Origin: Cetorhinus maximus
Taxonomy: Eukaryota
DNA length: 64,000 nucleotides
Assembly: GCF_964194155.1 (NCBI RefSeq)
Contig: NC_135881.1
Location: 142,166,001-142,230,000 of the forward strand
Direction: 5' to 3'
Shown: positions 26,278 to 40,925 of the stretch, one piece after another
How the letters are laid out: each line of letters starts with the position of its first letter
Position numbering within the stretch: the first letter of the stretch is position 1
Notes under the pieces: generated by a model
The model's database searches: none
Seen by the model: only the letters and a program-made list of their open reading frames with translations
Told to the model about the DNA's origin: nothing
Made by a program: the position numbers and the translations under genes

Positions 26278-26679
26278 ATTAAATTTGTTAACATGTCAGC
26301 TGAGCTTCAGGTTGCACACTGGTCTAGTCATTAGGTAAAACCTTAGAGGTTTTACTAAATAAGGATTGACTAAAAGAGACTCAACAGGGATTAATGGGAG
26401 GGCTCCCATTCCTCCTGATCTACATAAACCACCTGGATTTAGAAATCACTAAGTAAACTAATCAAATTGGCTCTGCAGCTGATCTTAAACTGGGGAAGAG
26501 GGAGAGCAATGGATTCTGAATTAAACAGCCAAGGATCTGGAAAGGGAGGTAGCTAGTAATTGCAATAATGGTAAATGAATTTCAATGCAGCCTGGTACAA
26601 GGTATCAGACATTTGAATAAGAAATGGGGAACATACTTAATGGTTTGGTAGAGAATGAAAGTCATCTAATATGTTTTGA

Positions 26680-27030
26680 GATCCCTGCATGACCACGCCC
26701 CTCCCTATTTCTGTAACCTCTTCCAACCCCACAACCCTTATCTGCTCTCCTCCAATTCTGACCTCTTGCATATCCCTACTTTTAAGCATTCCACCATTGG
26801 TAGTTGTGTCTTCAATTGACAAAGCCCTAAACTCTGGAATTCCCTCCCTAAATCCCTCTGCCTTTTTTTCCTCGTTTAGGACACTCCTTAAAACCTATCA
26901 CTTTGATCAAGTCTGCCCTATTATCTCCTGAAGCTCAGTGTCAAAATTTGTTTGATTATACACCTGTGAAGTGTCTTGCAACATTTTACTGTGTTAAAGG
27001 CATGATATAAATGCAAGTTGTTGTTGTTGA
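26680..27030 (+). mobile_element. L2 LINE 3' end
   Basis: LWNSLP..SSFRTLLKTY motif. Tail atataaatgcaagttgttgttg. Confidence 0.75.
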
Positions 27031-27139
27031 AAGAGATGTGGATACAGTAGTGTGATAAACCTGACTACGTCTAGCCTTTGCAGAGCTGCAGTTAACAAAA
27101 TGCAGAACGTTGATCTATGTTCCTAGATCAATAGATTGT

Positions 27140-27848
27140 GGCTGGGAACATACTGGCCCCGGGATGATGGGCTAGGAGGCTGTTGGACCAATAAAACGCC
27201 AGGGAACAGCATCAAAATGGCTCCCTGAGGCAATTATGCCACTGGAAAGCTTTCTTAGTGGTGGGAATGGCAATGGCTGTGCTGCCCATGACCAGAGGGG
27301 AGCAGACAATTTGAAAGATTAAAGGCCCAATTAATGCCAATTTCCCAGCCATTGGCATTTAGCCAGTGGTGGAGAGGACCGCATGGTTGCCCGCTGCATT
27401 GAGGCAGTCTCCCAGCTGTTTCCCGTGATGGTGGACCATCAGAGCCTGATGCTCCATGGCCTAAGCAGGAGACCACCAGCAGCTAAGGCTGCCCTCACAG
27501 CCCCACAGCTGCTGCTGGAGGGGTTTCCCCTCCAATCGCCAGGACCTGTCAGGTTAGCTCCAGCAAGAAAGCAGGTTCCAGACAAACAAACAAATCTCTG
27601 CCACCCTTGCAAAGGTACCTCAAAATGGAGGTGCCCTCATGTTCTTGCTGCCTCAGCAGCAGGCACCTCTCTCAGCAGTGGTGCTGCCAAGGCTGAAGAG
27701 CTACCAGCCCTCCGATTGGAGAGGCAACATGGAATGTCTGCCTGCCTTCGTAAATTGGCCATCTCCCTCACTGCCATTTGTTAATTCGACGGCCACCGGC
27801 TTTATGTCCCGGCATCAGGACTTCACCTTTGCTGGAAAAATCTTGTCC
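27140..27848. mobile_element. Harbinger-type MITE (TSD TGT)
   Basis: tgt|ggctgggaacat ... aaaatcttgtcc|tgt. Confidence 0.55.
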
Positions 27849-27854
27849 TGTAAG

Positions 27855-28380
27855 CCTCAAGTTGTCATGTTGAAGTTAGATAGTACTCTGCTTATGCTGC
27901 ACCTTGAATATTTATTTAGTACTATAGTCACCATGACACAAGGAAACATCTGAGCCATGGAAGTGGTGCAAAGAAGGACCACAAGGATGGTCCCTAGTTT
28001 TGAAGGGCTGAGTTATGAGCAACAATTAGAAAAAAATTTACTTTTCAACCTTCCAAAATAGACGACTGAAAGAGGACCTCATTGAGGTATATAAGCTCAT
28101 AAATGGAGGTGAAAATGTTAATGATGAGGATTAGTTCCAAGTGAAACATAATTGTGTACAATTGGACAATGGTAAAAACTGATAAAAAGAAAGTTGTCAG
28201 GAAGCACTTCTTCACGGGAAAAGTAATCCACACCTGGAATGGTAATTACGCCTAGGGGAGTAGAGGAAAAGCTCTGGAGTCATTCAAGACCCAATCATAT
28301 GTCATTATGATGGGTGTTGTATGTTTTTTTAAGGAAGAATAAGCTAGATGGGCCAAAAGACATCTATCATTTGTACTCCT
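27855..28380 (+). mobile_element. CR1 3' fragment
   Basis: HLEY..EVVQRRTTRMV..LSYEQQL..DLIEVYKL motifs. Confidence 0.65.
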
Positions 28381-28959
28381 CTTTGTAAGCTTTATGACTT
28401 AATAAAAGGAAATCCAATCCCCGCCAGCAGGAAAGTTGGATAGTTTTCTTTAAGATTCTAAGTAACTTTGTTATTTTTATTATCTATAAATGAAACCTGA
28501 ATATAATAATATTTAAACGTAGAATCTGACTTACCATTTAGATTCTGTACCCAAGTGCAATATTTCATGCTTTCACATTTTTCAGGAGATAGGAATAGTG
28601 TATCCCTGACTCATGTGAAACTTTTAAATACCCTTACAGGTTAGTATGAAATTAATAGTCACTGCCACTTTGGAAATGGCTATCACCACTGAATGAAATG
28701 ATTATCAAATGTTTCAAAATGGCTACCTAGCCTGTCCATGCAAATCTGAAGGGGTATTTGAGCAGAAGTGGTCTGCCTCAGTACTACTACATTTGATCAT
28801 TTTTTTAAACTATAAACATCCCAAAATAGCCCAAAAGGTAGAAGTTTATTCAATCTAACTGCACAATGCCCATTACTTGACACTGATGGACTGTAACTAC
28901 TAGATCACAGAGGAGCAAAGCATATCCACTACACACCTCCCACTATCCATTTAAGCATT

Positions 28960-29470
28960 TAAAAAAAATTAGTGCATTGTGTGATGGACTAAATGGTGGC
29001 CATTAGTAATTGGCAACAACAGATGTGACAGAGAAATGAAGCCGAATGAGGACATAATATGGGAAGTAAGGATTTGGATGAGTTGAAGTTTATGTAATAT
29101 GCAGTTTGAAAGGATAGTAAGTAGAGCTTTAAGTCTAAAGGTAACAAAGGCTTAAATGAGGGTTTGAGTGGCAGTAAGGGCAAGGTAGGGAAAAAGGCAG
29201 GCAGTGTTGCAGAGGTAGTCTTGGTGATGAATAAGATATATGACTTAGAGTTCAATTCCATGTCAAAAGGTTCCACATTGCTGGGTTCAGCTTGAGCAGG
29301 CAGGAGGGAGGGAATGTAATTGGCGGCTAGGGTTCAGGGCTTTTGGCAGGAGCTCATTTGGATGACTTTGGTTTGATGTTAGTTTGAAAAGTACTGGCTT
29401 ATCCAAGATGTCCATCAGGCAAGCAGTTGGAGACCACAGTGGCAGTTATGGGTGGTGATGGCAAGTTACC
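28960..29470 (-). mobile_element. Old L2 fragment
   Basis: Degenerate L2 RT C-terminal similarity (ELNSKSYI..ITKT). Confidence 0.45.
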
Positions 29471-29837
29471 CCATTTCAACGGATGATATCGCTGAGCGTA
29501 GCATGTAGGTGAAGAGCAAGAGGGAATCCTGGTGCATTCCTGAGGCCATCCTCAGGAACAGAAACAGATGTGCTGGGGCTATGTTGAGACTGTTATAACA
29601 GGTAGGTGGGGTAGCAATGTCCATCACAGCGGCTTCTTTTTTCCCACTTCTCTGGTAGCTTCCCAAGTTACTGGTACCAGTCAGCTCTGGATCAGGCCAA
29701 ATTTAAGAAACAAATATCTCTATACAGGTGCTAGTGCTCAAGTGCTGGGTTCCTGCAGTATTGCTAGCCTCAATCTCAAGCAGCAATCTTTTTTTTTGTA
29801 CTTGGAAAGCTTACATGTCGACACACTGATAGCTTCA

Positions 29838-30113
<276 letters not shown>

Positions 30114-30687
30114 TTAAAAAGCAAGATTTACATTGCTAGATAGAGAAAATAGTGCAGTGAATCAGACATAAAAACTATCTTTCGCAAAATCCCTACCCCA
30201 CCAATGTGCCAATAACCTCACAGTAAGAGTAGAAAGAATAGGGTGACCATCATAATAGGAGTAAATAGGCAAAATACGTCATCCCAAACAATACAGTGGA
30301 TGGCGACCTAATCCAAGATACCACTACCCCTCAGACCACAGCCAATCAACTGCAACTTCAATATGTCATCCACATGTATATGTACAATTTTTTCACCAAT
30401 ATTTGGTGGTCCAGTAAAGAGGTGAACACAATGCACAATGAAAATTTAGCATGAAATTACGTGTAAAAGGGATTCGTTGTTACCCACGCCTTTCTCGGGA
30501 AAGTATTTTTTTCATAAAACAATAAAAATATTTGGTGAAAAAATAGAATACTCTTAGATAAGCGTAATAATGGCAATTGAGCCTACTATTACCATAGCAA
30601 TAAATGCTATGTAATCCATTTTTCTTCATTCGACGAGCTGGTATTTGCACAGATGCAATGGGTCAACTAATTTCCTTTTGGACTTTA

Positions 30688-31294
30688 GGCCAGAATTTTG
30701 ACGCCGACGCGTAAAATGACGCATGGTGACATCAGGCGTGCGTCCTGACATCACCGCACATCATTTAGATCCTTCACTTGGCGAGCGCGCGCCAGAGGCA
30801 GCTGCCGAACTGTCAAAGGCCTGTTAAGGCCATTAAAAACTGAATTAAAGTACTTATCAACGCTGCCCATCCAACCTTAAGGTTGGCGGCAGGTGAAGAG
30901 TCCAAGCAGCCTTCACATTTTTCAGGAAACCTCATCCACGGGCGGAATGAGGTTCCCTGAAGGTTTTATTAAATAAATAAATATTTTTTGCACAATTCAT
31001 AAACATGTCCCAGCTCATGTGACAGTGTCACATGAGGGGACATGGCTAAATAATTTTTATCTTTCTTTATTTAAGAATTTCAATATGAACTTAATCTCCC
31101 TGAGGCAGCTCCTTGAAAGAGTGCAGGCCCCGACTCTCCCTCCTCCCCCCACACACACAGGTAGCGCTACCGGCCATGCGTCACGCTGGGCGGGCCTTAA
31201 TTGGCCTGCCCACGTAAAATGGCAGTGTGCAACCAATCATGAGCGGCAATCGGCTCCTCTCCCGCCCGCGCCTGTCCTGACCAGCCCGCCTGAC
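30688..31294 (+). mobile_element. Family A MITE, right TIR missing
   Basis: ggccagaattttgacgccg... with the three internal palindromes, about 600 bp from the RARB acceptor. Confidence 0.8.
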
Positions 31295-33989
31295 ATACAT
31301 TAAATTCAATGAATCTATGGGGTTGATAATATAAGTTTACTCGGATTTCTCTGTGAACAAGTCAACATATTTTCCAGTAAGCTGATGTCCACAGCATACA
31401 ACTGTTAACAATTAACATGAATTGGCAGTATCAATCAGAACAATGGGTGGTGTGGAAATTCAGAACTTCAGATTGATGCAGTAGAAGTTGGCTTTAATAC
31501 ACATTGTTGGGGCAAAGGGTAGGAAGTTTTAATCAGCTCTGGTGTGCCAGATCTGGGAGTGCTTGATTTTCTACATTGGGTGCCAAAGTAGAATAATGCT
31601 CTAAGGCCCAATACTTTGACCTTTCACTATAAAAAATTCAATTGAAAAAATTATTTCAAAGTAAATTAATACTGACTATTCACAAATGTATTAAAGATTG
31701 CTAATACTGTAAAAACAAATACAGAATAGAAAGAAAGGTATCCATTACAACTACACAATTTATTTTAACTTGAACTAAAGACAATAAGATAAAAAAGGAA
31801 GAATAATGTGAATGACACTTCAAATAAGTCATGAACCAAGTGGAATAGTTCTTATGCATTTTACTTCTGGTAGTCTTGTTCAATGATTGCACAAATTTTT
31901 TTCATATGCAGCAACTTACAACATATTTTAGAAATCACCTGTAGTTTATACAAAAATACAGATGGCCCCTTTAAACGGTATTTCCTGAGTATAGACGCTT
32001 CTACTTTCATCTAAAAAATTACTGTCATCTAGAAAATATAATTACAAAGGAATGGGTGCTGAGAAACAGATTACAAGGAAAATCCTGGGTACACAATGGA
32101 TTTGATAGATTTGGAATTTGGTGGTAATGTAGTTTTGCTGGCACCAAACACAGGGAACTTATAGAAGCCCACTGGTAATTTAGGCCACATTTCAAAGTCT
32201 ATTGGATTGTACATCAAAGAAAAGACAGAAACCATGAAATGTGGTGTAATACCTAATCTCATTGCTAAATTCAATAGTCAGTCGTTCAGTACTCAATCTA
32301 GATTTATCCAACTAGGACGGCAGTTACAAATGATGGGAAGGGGATGAATTCTCCTGAAGTTTTCGTTGAACTTGATTGCAGCAATATAGGAGTGTAAAGA
32401 TGGAAAAATCAATAGTAAAAATGAGAGGGGGAGTTGAAATGGTTGAGCCACAGGAAGGTCAGAATGTACTTACAGACAAAACTGAGTGATTAGGCAATGC
32501 GATCATTCAATCTGCATTCAGTTTGATCCCAAAAGGTGGGAGATGCAAAGAGTGGAATTAAAAACTTGGAAAAACAAAGAAACACCAGCTATAAAGAATT
32601 AGACATTATTATGTAATATATTGCTGAAAGACGTACTGACTATATGAAAATAAATAACAGGATAACAATAGGCACATTAAGACATTTCCATGATGTATAA
32701 AAAATAAACATGGGAAACAGTAGAACTACTGAATTCTAATAATCACATGGAATAACTGCATTAATACTGTAAGAGGTCAAAACAAACATTAGCACAGATC
32801 CAAAATAGATTCAAAGGAGCATTTAATCTGAATACAGTATATTCATAGACATTGTCTCCTCTCTCTCCGAACCCTCAGACACACATACAGAGTGGCTCAG
32901 TAGTGCTGTTACCACTGAAACATCAGCTGAAATCCAACCCAGATTGTGTTGAATGTGTTGAAAACCTTCTCTCTGATGACTGAAGAATCTCATGTGAAAT
33001 AACCTTCCACTCAAGATTTTGATGGGTGTGGATCCATAGCCCAAAACTATCAGCAAGCTAGCATTTTTTTTATTCTCAGAGAACTATGAGAACTATAAAA
33101 TTTGTACTAATATAGGGGTGTGTGCTTTTCAGAGATCAAGATTAATGTGACCACCTCTGATCTAATTAATGGATGGAAGAGGATTGTCTATTCCTGTTCC
33201 TTTGTTGCTACATTCCTTATTGGCAGACACTTGGCCAGCATGAGAGAAAAATGACAAACAAAACTGCTTCAAATGCGCCACCAGGTTAAAGTAGTTTCAC
33301 ATAGTGGTTTGGAGGTTTCCTTCTTAATATTTTGCATATGTGCAGCGGTACATTAAGCTGATTTAGTATCTATGCCTAGCTTTGCGTTTGAATTTGTATT
33401 GGAAAGTATACACAGGATAGATTTAATGCAGTAATGCGGTCACAAGAGACACTATATTTAGTGTGTTTCTTGTCTTTAGCTGTTGCATTGGAGCCAAGAG
33501 AGCACCAGTCTGACAATAAGCCACCTTTCTGGGCACTCCACTTTAACTGCTCTTGATGACAATTTTCACACCAACTTTGGGTATCAATTTGGCACAAAAA
33601 CTGTAGTAGAATACATGCAGAAGGCATATTATGGTGGCATAGTAGTTACAGCTTCACTCTAGATCCGGTCATGTTTCTCCTGACTAGGGTATCCTTTGTT
33701 GCTAACAAAGGTCCCAGCTGAAAAGTGTGCCACTTTGGTACTGATGTCCTTCATTTCAATGACTATTTCATCTCCATAAAACTATTAAACCTAATGCAAC
33801 TATTGTCTTGACGTTCCTGTACAATGCAGATCACAGCACAATTTATAGAAATGCAATATATTATTACTTTGTCGCAATAGCGTATTAAGAGTAATATTGC
33901 AATATAATATTGTATTACAATATTCAGTAAAAAGGCTTAAATCTTCAAACAAGTCATCTATACTGCTGATGCTAGAAACTAATACACTA

Positions 33990-34205
33990 TGATTATTACT
34001 GCAAGATTGCACCATTTGAAAGGATGGTTGAAGCAGATTCATTAGTAAATTTCAAAAGGGAGCTGGATATATACTTGTAAAGGAAACAACTGCTGGGCTA
34101 TGGCTAAAGGGCAGCAGAGTGGGATAAATTGAACCTCTTCCCCGAAGAGCCAGCACAGCTACAATGGACTGAATGGTCTCCTTTTGTGCTGTATGATTCT
34201 ATCAT
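33990..34205 (+). mobile_element. CR1 3' tail
   Basis: aatggactgaatggtctccttttgtgctgtatgattctat. Confidence 0.6.
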
Positions 34206-34402
34206 GAATATTACGCTATTAGGAATAAAGGACCAGTCTTTCTTCTTGTAACAATTGTACTTTATCCGTTTGAAATGTTCAGAAACATGTAAAGTCTTTT
34301 TTTTCAACATAGCAAAAAGCTTTACCTTTCTCAAGAGTTGGAAATTATTTCAATTGGTTAGTAGTTCGTTAAAATTCCAAAAGAATGAAGTGCAGGAACA
34401 AT

Positions 34403-34587
34403 GGGGTAGAAATTCATCTTGGGATTGGCACAAAACAGGCAGTATCGGATCAGGTACACCTTATACATAGTGCCTGACATTTAATTCCATTGACTGCAAT
34501 GGAACTGAATATCAGGCACTGAGTATAACTGGCAGCTGAGCGAATATTGCCCATTTTGCACCATTTTCTGTGACAAATTTCTACCCC
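34403..34587. mobile_element. Palindromic ~185-bp MITE
   Basis: ggggtagaaatt ... aatttctacccc, central ttccattgactgcaatggaa hairpin. Confidence 0.75.
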
Positions 34588-35033
34588 ATACAATTTCGAA
34601 CATACAAACACATATTTTAGAAAAGTGACTTATATATGTTCCTTACAAGAAGCAAAACAATGATACAATAGAGTTCCTCCCAAACACATCTTGGATGTAT
34701 TAAAACAAAATTTACAGCCCACTTTATACTTTCAACAGTTTCAATGCAAAAGTAAATTGTCAGCAACTCTCAAACTAAACTTAAGCATTCAAATTGTTAA
34801 GAGATTGTGGTTCACTCCTAAAAGGATTCACTTTTTAAAATAAATCATTACTGAAAGAAAAGGTAATAAAAATGGACACAATGGGATAATTTTGAACTTT
34901 GAAGTCACGGGACATTAAAGGGGACAACTCAGATTAATAAAACTGTAAAAAATATAATGTATTGTAGACAGTGTTACAAGAAATACAGAATATAAAAACC
35001 ATGAGTTAATGACAGGCCTATATAAATCTTAAT

Positions 35034-36305
35034 GGCCTGGAATTTGTGATTGTAATGAAACTGAAACAGTCAGTATTCACCATCATTAAAACAATGAAAC
35101 TGGCAGTAATTTCTGACATCCGCACATGCATAGTTAATTGTGGAAATTTAGACTTGCTGACAGTAATTTCCTCACACCTTGACAGGATGCACTGTTACTG
35201 TCCCTGCAGATGGAAATCATCCATGAAGTGAATGAACTGAAGAGAGCTTCCCCTTTTACATTGTAACATCGCTGTTAAATAAACACCTTGTTGACAAGGT
35301 CTAACTGGATTTTTAAAATTTTACTAAATCATAACTACTCATGAGCAACCTCTGTGGCCCTGGAAAACTAATTTTATATTTGTGTAATTACAATTTTTTC
35401 CAAAATTATTTTTAAAATTCCATAGTTTAATGAAACAAAGGGCTGAATTTTCCCCTCATCGTTGGGGTTGTGCAGGGGCAGGCTGGGGCAGGGGCGAACC
35501 CGATCAGCGCCCCCGATCGCGAAAGAACACAGAGATCACCTTGAGGCATGGAGGCACCTCAAGGAGATCGGTTTGACATGTGTAAATTTAAAGGGAAATA
35601 AAAACTTTTAAAACATGTCCCCTCATGTGGCACTGTCACATGAGCCGGGACATGTGAAAGAATTATTTTTAAAATTTTTATTGGCTTTTAAAACACTTCA
35701 TGAAACCTTATCCCACCCGTGGTTTCATGAAAAATGTGAAGGCCGCCTGGGCTCTTCGCCTGCCCGCCAACCTTAAGGTTGGGTGGGCAGCTCAGCTAAT
35801 TGAATTAATTACTATTTAAGTGGCCTTAACAGGCCTTTGACAGTTCGGCGGGCGCGCAGCCAACTCCGAACTGAAAATCTAAATGACGTGCAGTGACGTT
35901 GGGACGCTCACCCGACATCACCATGCGTGATTTTACGTGTTGGCGAGCAGGCCCTGCCCCCGATCACCAACTGGAGAATTCTGCCCAAAGTTTTTTTTTT
36001 AAAAAAAGGTTTGCTATTTCAGTTTCAAATGTATACTTCCAATCTTTAGTTTGCTCTGTAGACTTTATAAAAACTGAAGAATAATCAATGCATTTCATTC
36101 CCTGGTTTGTTGGTAATGTGAATTCTTCAGTGTAATTGGTTGCTTATGCTGTTTGATGACATTACTACTACTGGACCCCTGGATATCCCCTTGGCACCAG
36201 ATTCAAACTGACATCTGGAAAGGGGAAATAAATGCCATAAAAATTGCTAGATCTTTGTAGATAGCTTTTTTTGTAATCCGCGGTGACTGCCATCACTGTG
36301 CCACT
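35034..36305 (-). mobile_element. MITE family C with a nested family A copy, inserted into a CR1 fragment
   Basis: Starts ggcctggaatttg. Internal similarity to 39521-40210. Confidence 0.65.
35440..35986 (-). mobile_element. Family A MITE nested in a family C element (TSD AAA)
   Basis: aaa|gggctgaatttt ... gagaattctgccc|aaa. Confidence 0.85.
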
Positions 36306-36309
36306 GAGG

Positions 36310-37010
36310 GTATTCTTTACAATATTGGGCTCCACACTATAGAAAGAATAGAGACATTTAAAGGATATAGAATATAGGAATTATAACAGCAGATTCACTA
36401 GGAGGCTGTCTAGTATAAATAAATACAAATACTTGTTTTTTTGTTAAAACAAAGCAGATTATGTGGTAATATAATAGAAATTTCTAAAATTATGAAAGGA
36501 TGAAATAGGGTGGTCAGAAGCAGGCCATTTCCAGCAGTTTGCAAGATCAAGAGTCAACGGTCAAAGATACGAGATCAGTACATGTGGGGTCTTTGGACAG
36601 GGTTTAAGAGATGAAGTCTTCCCGTTCTTCCTCCTATCTATACTTTGGATGACTTCTACTGTACTACTAAAATTACTTAGCCTAGTGAGGCCCCTTGCTA
36701 TGGTGCAGGACAATTTCCCTGGTTGCTTGTCCCTTATTTGCACTGTACAGGATTAAATGTAAGAGATTTAGAGTAGAGGGCAGGAGAGAGTTATGTGACT
36801 GGAATTCTTCTCCCAGATTAGGGGTTTAGGCAGAAACTATGTCAACATCCAAGATTATATTGAATAGGTGCATGAAGAAAAAGAAGATAAACGGATATGG
36901 GCAGTTAAATGTGATTGTGCAAACTTGCTGGCATGAACAGTAAATGCTGATACAGATGTTTGGGCTGAATGGCCGGTTTCCATGTCTTAACTGCCATAAA
37001 AGTATTTGTC
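36310..37010 (+). mobile_element. CR1 3' fragment (continues from ~34870-35030)
   Basis: LQYWAPHYRK-like start. Tail ttgggctgaatggccggtttccatg. Confidence 0.55.
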
Positions 37011-39520
37011 TGTAAAAGTGTTGCATAGAACCAGTTGGTACAGTTCCAGAAAATGTGGCCAAAATGTTTATGTGCTTGCATGCAATTCCTCAAACAAAAC
37101 AGGTTTCTTAATTTGAAACCAGCACAAAAGGTGCCTTTAAGTTTCTGAGCAAGAAGGGGGCGGGGCAGTTCATCCAACTGCTTGTTTGCAAACTCCTTTT
37201 GAATTTCAATTATATAAATAAATAATAACATTAAATTCATTCCTCTTTTAAAAGCAGCATTCTTTTGGTGCCAAATAATTCTGACAACGTGCACTATCAA
37301 CAAGCAATGTGTTCAATTAAACGCACCTGAATGCACTTCACATTCAGATGAAATGAAACAACAACTCAACATACAAACAACTAGCTGTGCAGGATTTCCT
37401 TGAAAGGTCAGACAGTCAGATATCTTATGATGGATGAAGCCATTTTGTGTCAGGACAATGTCCTACCACATAACAGGTTGTTGTTGACAACGTTATGGTA
37501 AATATTGTTTCATTTACCTCATCCTTCATTTCTCTCCTCAATTCTTTTCAAGAGAGTAACATTTTCTGCGATATGGTTCCATAAGTACCAGTTATCTGTT
37601 AATTCACCCAAGAAGCAATACTTCAAGTGTGAGCCAAAACTGCCAACAGGCTATTTGGCTGGGGGGGTGGTGGAGCTGGGAATCACAGCCTAATTCAATG
37701 CAGTTGGCAGTTGATATCCATATGCACAGTTTCAACAATGGCTACTGACCAGCAATCAGAGGCCAGTACTTGTTATCCTCTGGGTGCTGAGACAAAGTGG
37801 AGCACACCAACATCTGGATAAGATGCTGAAGGGATGTCGGCATCCATGGAACCGGACTCCAACAAGAGCCAGCACCATCAGCAGAGAAGGAGCGAAAAGG
37901 GGAGAATACTGAAAAACAAGAGGAGGAAACTAATCTCCAGCAAAGAAAGAAGTTGTAAAGCAAAAGGCATTTCCTGTACAGCCCCAGGGGGAGTTTTGAG
38001 TACTAAACTGCAAGCCGCATATGGAATGGAACAACTTTGTTTAATTAGGGCATATAGCAAAGTGTTGCATTTGGTCAAAACACTCTGTTATTCCTCATTT
38101 TTGTTGGCACAGAAAAGAGTCAGACAGGATTTTTTTTTATGAATTCTCTGTTGGAGCAAAAGACATGCAGTTTGCATACATTAGGCAGTATGTCAAAGGA
38201 AACGCTAAAGTTCAACTAAAGTACAAGTAATTAGGAACAGATTTGCTACATACCTCAGTGTATATCCAATACTGCATTTATTTATAAGACACCTAAAGTT
38301 AGGAAACAAAAGCAACCCTTTTTTAATTCTAGGCCACAGAATCAGGACAGGTCTGCTTTTTATCAACCAAGAAAAGAGAAAAAAAAGAACAAACTTCAGA
38401 AGTTTTCAGTTATAATTTGAATTTAAGTTGTCCTGATGCCCTGCCTTGAGTTTATTTTTCACTGTAAGACTCACTAGCTAGCAATGTATAGCCATTTTCA
38501 AGAAACTTCCAAATTTACTCCTCCAGAATAACTACTTCAAAAGTGTTCTAAGCAAGAACAAGTCAGAATACTCATGTGGTGTTTATTCTGTTTAGTATTT
38601 TGTGAACAAACTTTCTTTTCAGAAGAGAAGTCTGAGCTAAATGTATCAGAAATGCATTGATAGTACATAGTCGTATTTGTTGGATAACTTCCTCTTACTG
38701 ATCTCCTAATGTTTCCTTAGTTTCTTGAAAACTGAAATACAGTCCAGTAGCGTCGGTGCAATGCCACAATGTTCAACTCTCCAATACGAGGACTACAATT
38801 AAATCTTAGTGGGGACTAGATGTTGCAATCAATATTCCCATAGGGATGTATCCAGAGACACACAAAACTGGTCAGAGGGGGCCACTACCAAAATGTACTA
38901 GCTAAAACAGGCAATCAAATAAGCAATGCCACTAACCTGAGCACAGGCAGGTCTACATACTCAGCTGTCCTGCAATTGCAAACAAGAGCAGCATTGATCC
39001 AAACATTATTAGATGAGGACAGTGAAAACAAATGAAAAATTAGAACTTGCTCATCTTAACTTTGAACACAAAGGCTCCTAAATCTTCATATTTAATTGTC
39101 AAACTTACCTTGTAGCATAAGAATATAATAAAACATAAAATTAGAAAATTAGAAAATAATTGAGACTTTAGGGAAGAAAGAGCAACTACTTATATAATGT
39201 CTTTGATGTAGACAAATATCTCAAGCACTTACCAGAAAGAAACAAAAAAGTCTTTGTGGGAGGGCTAGGAGATATAATTGAAAGCGTGGTTGAAGAGATG
39301 TGCTCTGTAAATGTATTAATAGGTAGGGACAAAGGTAGAGAAGTGGAATGGTTTGGGCAGGAAATTTCATAAGAATGGGACAAGGTAACTAATGGCTTTA
39401 CCACTAAGTATACAAAGGCAGGAGATATGTATGGCATGTTCAAGTCCAAAGATTGCAGTAAGGCTGGAGAAGTTTTCAGAGGTGAGTCAGAGTAACATCA
39501 TAGAGAGATTGCAAAACAAT

Positions 39521-40210
39521 GGTCCAGTCAGCATTTTCCACCATTCCTCCTTTGAAACTGACAGCAGCTTCCAGAGTCTGCATATGTACAGTTAATGGCA
39601 GAAATGCAGATGTTGCTGTCAGTGATTCTATGCCTCTCCATAGGGTGATCTGTTGAAGACCCCACAGATGGAAATAAATTGGGAATAAGTGAACTAACAA
39701 GAACTTGTCATTTTACTCTGTAATATCGCTGTTAAAAATCAGGGAATGAGTTCTGAGTTGTTAATTAAACAGCAAACTAAGTCAAATTTACTGGTGAGCA
39801 ACCTGTCTGGCCTTGAAAAAGTAATTTTATATTTGTGTACCGTCAAGTCTTTCCAGTATGAAAAAATATATCTATATTTTTTAACACAGAAAAAATGTTT
39901 TATTTGATATTTCAGCTTAAATTTGTATGTCCCAACCTTTCACCTCACTGTAAACTTTATAGAAATTACAGGATAATCATTTCCTGGTTTGCTGTCTGTG
40001 AGAATTCTTCAAAGTGATTGGCTGCTTAACCTGCTTGATAACATCATTGTTATCGGACACCTGGAGATTCCCTTGACTTGGCGCTGGATTCAAATTAATA
40101 TTGGGAAAAGGGAAACACATCCAACAGAGATCACTAAATCTTTGTGGGCTGTTTTCTTTCAGTTCAGTGGTGAGTGCTGTCATTTCATCACTGAATGCAA
40201 AATCCGGACC
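39521..40210 (-). mobile_element. MITE family C, uninterrupted copy
   Basis: Ends tgcaaaatccggacc. Provides the empty site for the 49101-50991 insertions. Confidence 0.7.
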
Positions 40211-40589
40211 ATACAATATCTCTAAATTCCATTCATGGGTGTTGGGGGGGAGAGAAGGGGGAGTTTGGTGGGGGTTGGTAGTAAGGTACAAGATGTAGAG
40301 TTTTAGATGAGTTGACGTTTAGGGAGGGTGGCTGTCAAAGTTTCAATAAGGATGCCTTCAAGATTTCCTCTCCCAAAGAGCATGCGCAATTTACTCTTAG
40401 ACAGCTCCTATTTCATTAATTTCTACAATAATTCCTTTCTGATCCCCCAAAATAATCAGTCAAATCATAGTCTCCAGAAGCTTATCTATCCCACATCATA
40501 CTATTCAAGTCTCTTCTACCCTCTCAAGGAGAGATTTACTTATTTGTGGCAAAACAAGAAATAATGAATTCATTGGAACAGTCAATTAT

Positions 40590-40925
40590 CTCAACAACAA
40601 CTTATATTTTAAGGAGTGCCTTAAAAGAGGAAAACGAGGTAGACAGGTGTGGGGAGGCTATTCTGGAGCTTGGGGCCTAAGCAACTGAAGGCTCAGCCAC
40701 CAATGGTGGAGCAATTAAAATTGGGAACGTACAAGAGGGTTGTGGGGCTGGAGGAGATTACAGAGATGGCGAGAGGCAAGGTCATGGAGGGATTTGAAAG
40801 CAAGGATAAGAATTTTAATTTCAAGGCCTTGCTTGATTGGGAGCCAATGTAGAGCAATGAGAACGGGAGTGATAGGTGAAGTGCTGCAAGTTAAGACATG
40901 AGTCAGAGTTTTGGATGACCTCAAG
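40590..40925 (-). mobile_element. L2 LINE 3' end
   Basis: SPITPVLIALHWLPIKQGLEIKILILAFKSLH (ORF 40715-40924). Confidence 0.8.
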